A stretch of DNA of 13,525 nt from a virus (lineage: Duplodnaviria > Heunggongvirae > Uroviricota > Caudoviricetes), in the IMG/VR virus record IMGVR_UViG_2937142334_000003. One strand, written 5' to 3'. This document shows, one piece after another, positions 1-7,079 of the stretch. A model generated the notes under the pieces. That model was not told the origin of the DNA. It worked only from the letters and a program-made list of their open reading frames with translations, and did not search any database. Positions within the stretch are counted from its first letter, which is position 1. Each line of letters starts with the position of its first letter. Position numbers and translations under genes: made by a program.

Positions 1-34
1 TAATTTTCCTTAGTTCTTGCTTATCAAATGCCAT
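1..34 (-). CDS. Partial CDS (N-terminus MAFDKQELRKI..., runs off the window edge), hypothetical protein
   Basis: ATG at 34-32 overlaps the TAA of the upstream gene (TAATG coupling) and is preceded by a strong SD, GAGGAGG. Confidence 0.7.
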   Translation of the reverse strand, partial: MAFDKQELRKI

Positions 35-312
35 TACTCTTCCTCCTCAAATTTTTCTCCGCACATGGGACAAAAATGTATTTCTTGACTAGCGCAAAGA
101 TTATACAAGAACCCCACATCTTCTGAATCACCATTAGGTACTACATTTAAGTAATGCAGACCATCGGCATGTTCAATTTGCAAGTAAATCAAACCGTCAA
201 ATAGCCACATTTTTTTGTATGGGTCCTGGCAATAAGGACAGCCCAACGCCGTTATAGTCTGGACGCTTTTAACTTTCTTTTCTTTAACTAATGTCTCGAT
301 TGTTACCACCAT
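34..312 (-). CDS. Hypothetical phage protein with two CxxC motifs (putative Zn-binding)
   Basis: CPYC near the N-terminus and CPMC near the C-terminus; overlaps both neighbours, consistent with translational coupling. Confidence 0.75.
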   Translation of the reverse strand: MVVTIETLVKEKKVKSVQTITALGCPYCQDPYKKMWLFDGLIYLQIEHADGLHYLNVVPNGDSEDVGFLYNLCASQEIHFCPMCGEKFEEEE

Positions 313-539
313 CCATCGTGTTTATTTATCCAAACAGCGCTAAATGTTATTGAAGGAAGAATAACAAAGAACGTCATTAGCAATCCCCAAACCCAGTGTC
401 CAGAATAAAAACAAAAGGTTGTTAAAAATATTGGAAGAAATATAAAAAGTACAAAGCCGAAAACTATAGAAAGTATAATTAAATAGTACTGAAACCAGAT
501 CGATAGAGTTGAAAACTTTTTCTTTAATTTAGAAACCAT
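303..539 (-). CDS. Small membrane protein (about 2 predicted TM helices)
   Basis: Basic N-terminus followed by two long hydrophobic stretches (YYLIILSIVFGFVLFIFLPIFLTTFCF; WVWGLLMTFFVILPSITFSAVWI). Confidence 0.75.
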   Translation of the reverse strand: MVSKLKKKFSTLSIWFQYYLIILSIVFGFVLFIFLPIFLTTFCFYSGHWVWGLLMTFFVILPSITFSAVWINKHDGWW

Positions 540-672
540 GCTTTACTGCTACCTTGAGTAAATCTTGTGTCTTCGCATTACCCAAACGAATTGAGCGACC
601 TTGATCGTTAGTAATCATGTTGATTCCGTTACTACGTAAATACTTCTTAATTTGTGCTTTTAATCCTGTCAT
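529..672 (-). CDS. 47-aa basic protein missing from the ORF track (MTGLKAQIKKYLRSNGINMITNDQGRSIRLGNAKTQDLLKVAVKHGF)
   Basis: Hand translation: ATG 672-670, TAA 531-529. Upstream SD AAGGAG. Fills the gap between ORFs 303-539 and 696-965. Confidence 0.8.
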   Translation of the reverse strand: MTGLKAQIKKYLRSNGINMITNDQGRSIRLGNAKTQDLLKVAVKHGF

Positions 673-695
673 TTAATTAATTCTCTCCTTAAAAT

Positions 696-965
696 TTATT
701 TTGTCATTGGCTTTCCATTTGCGTTTAACCGTGGAGTAACAGAGATACCATCACCATTCTTTACTACAATGTATTGAACATGGGTTTCTTTATCTACAGC
801 TAGTCCTGAACGGTAAATAAACGCCCAACCACCAATTGACTTTAACGGTGAATCTTCATCTGCATATACTGTCTTATTAGTGCAAGTACCAATAAAGATT
901 CCAACGAGTAATACCGCTGGTAAAATGATAATTTTATACTTGTTGTTCTTTAACCAATCTTTCAA
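696..965 (-). CDS. DUF6440-like exported or membrane-anchored small protein
   Basis: N-terminal signal/anchor (KIIILPAVLLVGIFIG...VYA). C-terminal VDKETHVQY...G.SVTPRLNANGKP resembles the DUF6440 pattern (recalled, not searched). TTG start with SD AAAGGTGG. Confidence 0.7.
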   Translation of the reverse strand: MKDWLKNNKYKIIILPAVLLVGIFIGTCTNKTVYADEDSPLKSIGGWAFIYRSGLAVDKETHVQYIVVKNGDGISVTPRLNANGKPMTK

Positions 966-978
966 TAAAATCCACCTT

Positions 979-1383
979 TTACAAATCTTGTTTCAATAGA
1001 TTTGTAACTTCTTTGTCATAGTCTACATTTACGTAATCTGGATATCGTCCTTTTGCAAGAAGATTCTGAAAAAGCTTTAACCAAGCGGATGATCGACTTG
1101 TAAGAATTGTTCTATGAATCGTATTGATTCCATATGGTAGAATCTGGAGAGATAATTGAATATTATCGTCCCCATCTGCAAAAGTAAGAAGTAATATCGA
1201 ATCTTCACCAGTGATCATTCCAGAGTTTTGCGCCGAAAGCCTTTGTTCAAATGATCCTATTTCAAATTTGTCCCCCTTGAGAAAAATAGCCATACGAACT
1301 GAAGACATTGACCGATTATAAATTTTGATAGCCTTATATAGTCCCGGATATTTCTCATCCATATATTCCTTGTAATTATCCAT
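979..1383 (-). CDS. Hypothetical phage protein
   Basis: 134-aa ORF with SD AGGAGG before the ATG; no motif recognised. Confidence 0.75.
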   Translation of the reverse strand: MDNYKEYMDEKYPGLYKAIKIYNRSMSSVRMAIFLKGDKFEIGSFEQRLSAQNSGMITGEDSILLLTFADGDDNIQLSLQILPYGINTIHRTILTSRSSAWLKLFQNLLAKGRYPDYVNVDYDKEVTNLLKQDL

Positions 1384-1405
1384 ACATTCCTCCTAATCAC
1401 TAAAC

Positions 1406-1729
1406 TCATGCCAAAACCAGACCTGAATGATCGTCACTATTATCATTAGAATCAGATTCATCTTCATATTTATCCTGTTCAGTAATGGCTCGCATAACAG
1501 CCACATCAAGTACATTTAACTCCTTGGCGCTTCTCCATACTGCGTAAATTGGCGCTGCGTGATCCATATCCTTAGCAAATTCGTATGAATTACCTACTTG
1601 AACCACTGCTTCTGCAATTGTTTCGTAACCATAGTCATTTTTGTATTCAATAATCTTTTCAGACAATTCTCGGGCAACGTTTTTCTTGGCATTTCGTTTA
1701 CCAAATGTCTTTTTCCAAATTGAAGCCAA
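1406..1729 (-). CDS. Hypothetical phage protein (basic N-terminus, acidic C-terminal tail)
   Basis: TTG start with SD AAAGGA; overlaps the upstream gene. Confidence 0.7.
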   Translation of the reverse strand: MASIWKKTFGKRNAKKNVARELSEKIIEYKNDYGYETIAEAVVQVGNSYEFAKDMDHAAPIYAVWRSAKELNVLDVAVMRAITEQDKYEDESDSNDNSDDHSGLVLA

Positions 1730-1979
1730 ATTGTTTCATCCTTTCCGTGAATTGTTGTTGGAAGTAATTGATATTTCCAACATTATTCATGTCTACATCG
1801 TATGATTTTTGTAACTCTTTCATAAGTGGAATCTTTATAGCTTCCTGTGATATAAGTCCTTCGATAATAAGGTCATGATAATCACGCATAACGCCATTGC
1901 CCACCAAATCATCGAAGTAGTGATCTATCGCTGTTCTTTCCATGTCCTCTTCGGGATCTTTCCAAATGTTGTAAACCAT
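1698..1979 (-). CDS. Hypothetical phage protein
   Basis: 93-aa ORF with AAGGA SD, 7 nt downstream of the preceding stop codon. Confidence 0.75.
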   Translation of the reverse strand: MVYNIWKDPEEDMERTAIDHYFDDLVGNGVMRDYHDLIIEGLISQEAIKIPLMKELQKSYDVDMNNVGNINYFQQQFTERMKQFGFNLEKDIW

Positions 1980-1986
1980 AATTAAC

Positions 1987-2478
1987 TCAATCCTTCAAAT
2001 TCGAAAAAGCTTCCTTTACTAATTCAGATGTGTCATACGTCAAATCTTCTCTAATAAGTGGGTTAAATTTCTTCGTAGTCCCCATGATCTTCACTCGAAA
2101 GTCATGAACTCTTGGAACAATAACTTCAACAGGGACTTTGTATTTATCCGCAAATAATTTGAATCTTAATGCTGCGGCAGAATCAATGGCAAATTGAGTG
2201 AATCCTGATTTAATATCAATTACATGCTTCATTCCACCGTCTTTGTTGTAAAGAACAAAGTCTGGTGTATAAATACTAGACCTAAGTCTTAAATCACCAT
2301 TTTGTAATTCGATAATAGGATGTAACTTAAATCCTTTATGTACTTCGAACTTTAATCCAGATGGCTTAACAAAATTTTCGTAAAAGTTATATTCCTTAAT
2401 TGAATCAAACTTATAGCCATCTTTTTCTATTTTTTGTCCAAACCATGTTCCTGCTTTATTCTTCGCTATGTAAGACAT
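1987..2478 (-). CDS. DUF1064-family PD-(D/E)XK endonuclease (possible Holliday junction resolvase-like)
   Basis: KIEKDGYKFDSIKEYNFY matches the DUF1064 N-terminal pattern (K...DG..FDS..E...Y); catalytic-type YTPDF...VIDIKS. Confidence 0.75.
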   Translation of the reverse strand: MSYIAKNKAGTWFGQKIEKDGYKFDSIKEYNFYENFVKPSGLKFEVHKGFKLHPIIELQNGDLRLRSSIYTPDFVLYNKDGGMKHVIDIKSGFTQFAIDSAAALRFKLFADKYKVPVEVIVPRVHDFRVKIMGTTKKFNPLIREDLTYDTSELVKEAFSNLKD

Positions 2479-2590
2479 TCCTTTCGTTCTATGTATTAAT
2501 TTTCAGGTCACAATTAATTTATTTTAGTATTTTTGTTGTGACTAAACATAAAATAAAGAACATTAAGAATTCATATCTCAATGCTCAGTC

Positions 2591-2641
2591 ATTATATAAA
2601 ATTCAAGATAGGCAAGTCACAGATTTGCATCTATCAGTAAC
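2591..2641 (-). promoter_or_regulatory. Predicted promoter (copy A) with conserved phage-specific upstream box
   Basis: Minus strand GTGACT-N18-TATAAT (-10 at 2596-2591). The 34-nt block 2608-2641 is 29/34 identical to 11614-11647. Confidence 0.7.
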
Positions 2642-2670
2642 GTTTTTTTAAAAAAGTTTTTTTGTTTCTT

Positions 2671-4035
2671 CTAAACTTCATATGAAATATCAGCAAATGT
2701 CTTGTCGGTCCTTTTTTCAACAAAGACTGGGAATCGCAAACTAATATCATTATTGTTTTGATTATGCGTTTCTTCAAAATAGCTAATATCAACTATTTTG
2801 CCAATAATTTCATCTGGATTATTCCAATAGAGGTCTCTATCAACCTCGGTAAAGCCAGTTCCAACCTTAATCTCATATCCTTTGTAATCAATGATAATTC
2901 CACCAAGGGTTCCTTTGAGCTTGCCTGTTCCCTCAAAGACATCCTTTACTAGGACATCAGCATCAAAGAATTCCTTAATTTTAAGTAACCCACTTGTTCG
3001 CTTGGTTACATAATATTCATTATTAAGATTGAGCATAAGTCCTTCCCAACCATTTGGTTCAACGAATTCATGTTGCAGTTTCTTAATTATTGAAATATCA
3101 GAACCTACATATAAATCTTTAACAAGATGAATATGATCAATTGATTGTGGTTCATTGTAATCAAAGTCACTAAAAGCCATCGTTAAGAACCTTTTACGAT
3201 CGTCAAATGTATTTTCAGATTTACCATCCTCAAATTCCTTAGTGGGCAACGCGTCAAAGACATTATATTGAATATTACTCTTATCGGCAGTCTCACTACG
3301 TAATATACGTGAGGTGGCACGGAATAAATCTTTTGTTTCCATATTCTCATCATTAGATAACAATAGCTCTCCGTCTAATACATAGTCTTCAGCACCATGA
3401 TTTCCAAGCAAATCAGCAAGTTTTAACGCTTGTTCTGTTTGTGTCTCTAGTCCATTAATAGGTAATCCCTTACGCGTATAGAATTGCCCCTTGCCATTCT
3501 TAACAATGAATACAGATCTATGACCGTCTAATTTTTGAGTTAAGGTAAATTCGTTGCCTGGAACCTTTTCTGTATACTTATGATACGGATGTGCTAACTG
3601 AACATTAAATTCACGGATAAATCCCTTGCCTAGCGCTTTATTAATAGTTTTAGCCGTGATACCGATCTTTAATTCTTTACCAAAAATTTGATAGATAAAC
3701 TGCTTAGTGTCATCATCAAATAATGAAGCAAAGTCTTGAATCAAATATACAGTGGATAGGGTTCCAGTATTATGTTCCGTTACATAATTCATCAAACCAT
3801 CGAGAGTATAGTCACCAGTATAATCCGTGGCCACAACACTTGATCTTGGGGTTTCATTCAACATTTTTACTGATAATCCTGTACGAATAAAGTCGTCATA
3901 GACAAACTTTAATAATTTTTTGAATTCTTCATTATCCGCATTCTTCTTTAAGATAGTAATTTTGTTGTTATTAGAGCTCTCCGCACTAATTTCATCAAAA
4001 ATTGCTTTTAAGTCATTAATGATTGTTTCTATCAT
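2671..4035 (-). CDS. lig: ATP-dependent DNA ligase
   Basis: Motif I QKLDGHR (KxDG), III LDGEL, IIIa YNVFD, IV EGLMLN, V LLKIK; OB-domain VGTGF and SLRFPVF. Confidence 0.95.
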   Translation of the reverse strand: MIETIINDLKAIFDEISAESSNNNKITILKKNADNEEFKKLLKFVYDDFIRTGLSVKMLNETPRSSVVATDYTGDYTLDGLMNYVTEHNTGTLSTVYLIQDFASLFDDDTKQFIYQIFGKELKIGITAKTINKALGKGFIREFNVQLAHPYHKYTEKVPGNEFTLTQKLDGHRSVFIVKNGKGQFYTRKGLPINGLETQTEQALKLADLLGNHGAEDYVLDGELLLSNDENMETKDLFRATSRILRSETADKSNIQYNVFDALPTKEFEDGKSENTFDDRKRFLTMAFSDFDYNEPQSIDHIHLVKDLYVGSDISIIKKLQHEFVEPNGWEGLMLNLNNEYYVTKRTSGLLKIKEFFDADVLVKDVFEGTGKLKGTLGGIIIDYKGYEIKVGTGFTEVDRDLYWNNPDEIIGKIVDISYFEETHNQNNNDISLRFPVFVEKRTDKTFADISYEV

Positions 4036-4056
4036 ATTTATTATAAGTCCACCTTA

Positions 4057-4485
4057 TTATTCAAATTCGTCCGCCAATTCTTCGATAAAGCCCTCTTCGT
4101 CATTATCTTCTAGTTCTTCGTCTAGGCGAACTACTGTAATATTTTCTCCCCTGAGAGTATCTAGGCCTTCTTCGTTTAATTCTTCTATAGACGGCCAATC
4201 ATAGATTTCAATTGGAGAATCGCCATCTTCAAGATAATTAAGTTCCAAGATCCAGCAGATGCTACGTTCGACCTTACATAGCATCACATTAGCTGTTTCA
4301 GTCTTAGTTATCTTGCGCAATAGAGCGTTCATCTTGGCGTAGCAATTACAGTAAGCTTTATAGCCCTCCAATGATTTTGTTTTAAGTAAAGCTGTACGCA
4401 AATCATATAACTGTTGTACAACTGCAATTAATTCTTCATTTGCATTAAACCATTCGTTAGTAATAGTAACCTGGAAAGTCTTCAT
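4057..4485 (-). CDS. Orphan 142-aa protein with a highly acidic C-terminus (start MKTFQV...)
   Basis: ATG at 4485 has SD AGAGG 9 nt upstream; the track's 4512 ATG has no SD. The last 57 residues contain 24 D/E and only 2 basic residues. Confidence 0.75.
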   Translation of the reverse strand: MKTFQVTITNEWFNANEELIAVVQQLYDLRTALLKTKSLEGYKAYCNCYAKMNALLRKITKTETANVMLCKVERSICWILELNYLEDGDSPIEIYDWPSIEELNEEGLDTLRGENITVVRLDEELEDNDEEGFIEELADEFE

Positions 4486-4494
4486 TATAAATTG

Positions 4495-4538
4495 CCTCTC
4501 TTGGGAAGACATAGCATTTTTATACTATGGAAGAGAAG
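4495..4538 (-). promoter_or_regulatory. Nested inverted repeat covering the SD and a possible -10 of the acidic orphan gene
   Basis: RNA CUUCUCUU...AAGAGAGG (4538-4531 / 4502-4495) encloses CAUAGUAU-AAAA-AUGCUAUG (4529-4510). TATAAA lies at 4524-4519. Confidence 0.45.
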
Positions 4539-4624
4539 CGCTCCTGTTTTTATTATTTGGGATTTTCATGTGTTTAGCAGCTTCCATCCGCACACCAATA
4601 AGGGCTAATTAACCTCCCACGGTA

Positions 4625-5818
4625 TTAATTAGCCTTGTTAACATGTTCGAAACTGTCGATCCATAAGTCCTTGTCGGTCTTACTCTTCACCCATTTACCA
4701 TCTTGCATAATGGTCTTCGGTCGAGCTGAAGTATCACCAACTTTGATGAGATCTCCTTTTACGATACTACTTGAGTTATAAAGTCTTTTAGAGACAAACG
4801 CTTTGACTTCTTTCCCATGTTTAATTGAATACAGTCCCACAATAACTTTATTGCTTCTTACTCCTAGACTGGTAACAAAAGCATAATTAGATGGAATATT
4901 ACTATTAGTAGTTAGGCATCTACCTAGTAAGTCATATTCGTTTTGTAGCGTAGTAATTAATGGGAAGTTATCATCGTCTAACGACTTTTCATATTCTAAA
5001 CATTCGTGATATTTTTGGCTTTTGCCAACGAATCTTTTATTTTTAGGCTTGTAAGTTTTATGAAACTTTTCATAAACAGATTTTAACTTCTTCGGCGAAC
5101 CAAAATCAGAGAAGAAGTTCAGCAATATTAAGTTTAACAAGTCGCGTTGTGTAACTGCAAACGTCTGCTTGTATCCAATGGTTACTGTTTTCGACTTGAC
5201 TTTCACTAACTTATCCAATTGTTTCAATTCATCTTCGTTGAACGAATTGTAAAGCTCTTTTGTATCATATGTTCCAGGCTTTAAGTCTCCGTCAATACTT
5301 TTAATACTTACTTGTGAATTATCATAGATATCCATTAATAAATCCGTAAAAGTTTTATTTTGCTTATCGCGCAATAGGTATAATTGATCTCCCACATCGC
5401 TTGATACGCCTTTAACGGAAGTCGTTCCTTCGTAAATCGTTTTCGAGTTCTTCTCTAGGTAATATCCACTTTTTGACTTACCAAACTTAAATGGTTTTAA
5501 TTGAATATTATGTTCTTTAGCAAAACTAATTACGCGATTAAGTTTATCTTGCTTACCTTCCCAAATCTGGAATGCTGCCGTACACCATTCTAGTGGGTAA
5601 TAATAACGTAACCAAGTTGAGATATAACCTATATAGGAATATGCCATGGAGTGATTAATTGAGAAACCATAATTGGCTGCGTCCATGAAAACTTGAATGA
5701 AATCATCGGCTATTTTTTCGGCATGTTCTTGTGTATCTTGATAAACGTTTATCATTGTTTTAACGAATGCCCTTTTGATTTTAGGAACTTCTTCATCCAT
5801 AACTGATTTAATTTTGTG
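4625..5818 (-). CDS. dnaE: DNA polymerase III alpha subunit, exon 2 (397 aa: fingers end, HhH, OB-like domain)
   Basis: AANYGFSINHSMAY...WLRYYYPLEW corresponds to the DnaE YxFNKSHxxAY...xLKxxYP motif. The frame is open from 5818 (CAC AAA ATT AAA TCA GTT ATG), immediately after the intron's terminal G; no SD precedes the ATG at 5800. Confidence 0.92.
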   Translation of the reverse strand, partial: HKIKSVMDEEVPKIKRAFVKTMINVYQDTQEHAEKIADDFIQVFMDAANYGFSINHSMAYSYIGYISTWLRYYYPLEWCTAAFQIWEGKQDKLNRVISFAKEHNIQLKPFKFGKSKSGYYLEKNSKTIYEGTTSVKGVSSDVGDQLYLLRDKQNKTFTDLLMDIYDNSQVSIKSIDGDLKPGTYDTKELYNSFNEDELKQLDKLVKVKSKTVTIGYKQTFAVTQRDLLNLILLNFFSDFGSPKKLKSVYEKFHKTYKPKNKRFVGKSQKYHECLEYEKSLDDDNFPLITTLQNEYDLLGRCLTTNSNIPSNYAFVTSLGVRSNKVIVGLYSIKHGKEVKAFVSKRLYNSSSIVKGDLIKVGDTSARPKTIMQDGKWVKSKTDKDLWIDSFEHVNKAN

Positions 5819-6104
5819 CGATAGTTATTAACCATAGGCTTTTTATCCTATGCTCTGGAGGTTTCCCCCATTTTCATCGGACGGTCAATTCCGCCCCAGT
5901 CTAGCATACATTCTCACCCTCGTTTAACGTTAGGCTTCTAGTTGGCAAAACTAGCAAGACGTCTACTATATAGACGAGTGGAGGACTCTCGTGGATGGGT
6001 TATATTCTCATATATGAGTTTCACCATCTATGCGTTACAATGCCATATACTATTAAATATACAGTTATCTCGGAATTAGCGTAATTGAGTTGACTATTGT
6101 CTAT

Positions 6105-7043
6105 TTATGCATTTAATAATTCAACGAATTTATCATGTTTTCTGGGAAGATAAAAATTAGCATCTTCGTACAATATCTTAAATAATTGCTTTGCTTGCTT
6201 CTTACCATATGAGATTTGACATGCTCCTTCCTTTTGCACAATGGATGTTTGCAGTCCTGTGAAGTCAATAATAGACATACACATTTTCTCATTCGTAGAA
6301 AAGCCGACAGAGTAGTAGCTGTGTCGAAATTCCCTTCTGAAACTAACATGCCCCTCAGCATCAAAAAAGCCTCTTAAGAAATGTGCTTTTAGCTCATTTG
6401 AAAGTTGATCTGGGAATTTTTCAAACCCCGTCTTTCTTGGAATTACTCCATAATCTATTAGGCTTTTAACCATATGCACGCTCGTAAGCGATACATACGA
6501 TGCCTTCTTTAATTTCCCTTGGGGCGATCTCGCCATGTAGTCATAAATATCGTAATTGGCTCCAATATCTTTTAGGAACTCCTCTATAAGCAGTCTATCG
6601 TCATACTGCACCTTCAATTTTAGAGAATATTGACCGTTATATATAGATACATTGCCATCAGCCATGATCCAGCCTAGCCAATAGGCTTTTCTTTGGTTAT
6701 CGATTAGATCAAAGTAATCTTCTTTTTGTATTTTAGAAGTTGGTCCCTTGTGTCTCGCTATCCCCATTTTATGAACATGATAATTCACAACTCCCTCTTT
6801 TACGTTGAGTTGCTCAGCAATTTCTCGCTCATATTTACCACTCAGATACAATTTTCTAATCTTTGATTGGAACCTTTCAACCTCTTGAGGTGTACGTTTA
6901 GTTTTCCTCGCCAATCCTAACTCTTTAATATATCTACTTACTGACGATGAACTATATGGCGTAATATCAGCTATTTTAGTACAGCTTAAACCACTCTTAT
7001 ATAATTCAACTATAGTATCAATATCATTCTGCGTATATTTCAT
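6105..7043 (-). CDS. Intron-encoded double-motif LAGLIDADG homing endonuclease with two N-terminal HTH repeats
   Basis: AYWLGWIMADG and HFLRGFFDAEG motifs with acidic catalytic residues present. N-terminal repeats IVELYKSGLSCTKIA... and IRKLYLSGKYEREIAEQL.... SD GAGGUG. Confidence 0.9.
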   Translation of the reverse strand: MKYTQNDIDTIVELYKSGLSCTKIADITPYSSSSVSRYIKELGLARKTKRTPQEVERFQSKIRKLYLSGKYEREIAEQLNVKEGVVNYHVHKMGIARHKGPTSKIQKEDYFDLIDNQRKAYWLGWIMADGNVSIYNGQYSLKLKVQYDDRLLIEEFLKDIGANYDIYDYMARSPQGKLKKASYVSLTSVHMVKSLIDYGVIPRKTGFEKFPDQLSNELKAHFLRGFFDAEGHVSFRREFRHSYYSVGFSTNEKMCMSIIDFTGLQTSIVQKEGACQISYGKKQAKQLFKILYEDANFYLPRKHDKFVELLNA

Positions 7044-7044
7044 T

Positions 7045-7079
7045 ATTATTGTCTCACCTCATTACTATGAGACAATAAT
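7045..7079 (-). promoter_or_regulatory. Perfect 12-bp hairpin over the endonuclease ribosome-binding region
   Basis: AUUAUUGUCUCA (7079-7068), 11-nt loop, UGAGACAAUAAU (7056-7045). It covers the 3' end of the SD and the spacer up to 1 nt before the AUG at 7043. Confidence 0.75.

Noticed and set aside
303-539. Holin call for the 2-TM protein
   Set aside because: Not linked to the lysin and lies in an accessory operon; hydrophobicity alone is insufficient.
2608-2641. CRP or CcpA (cre) site interpretation of the promoter box
   Set aside because: The TGTGA/TCACA half-site orientation and spacing do not fit CRP, and there is no good cre consensus match.
2641-2670. Terminator after the ligase
   Set aside because: Only A/T tracts with no GC-containing stem; more likely a UP-like element of promoter A.
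2400-2952. Plus-strand ORFs 2400-2651 and 2758-2952
   Set aside because: Antisense to real genes or an AT-rich intergenic region; no SD and no motifs.
3920-4204. Ser-rich plus-strand ORF
   Set aside because: Shadow of the Glu/Asp-rich minus-strand gene (GAA/GAC codons read as Ser/Phe antisense).
4527-4592. Tiny minus-strand ORF (VRMEAAKHMKIPNNKNRSASLP) after dnaE
   Set aside because: The SD is too far from the GTG/ATG and the ORF is too short to support.
4046-4608. Terminal inverted repeats or IS ends around the acidic orphan
   Set aside because: Only patchy similarity (AGCCCTTATT vs AGTCCACCTTATT), no clear target duplication and no transposase.
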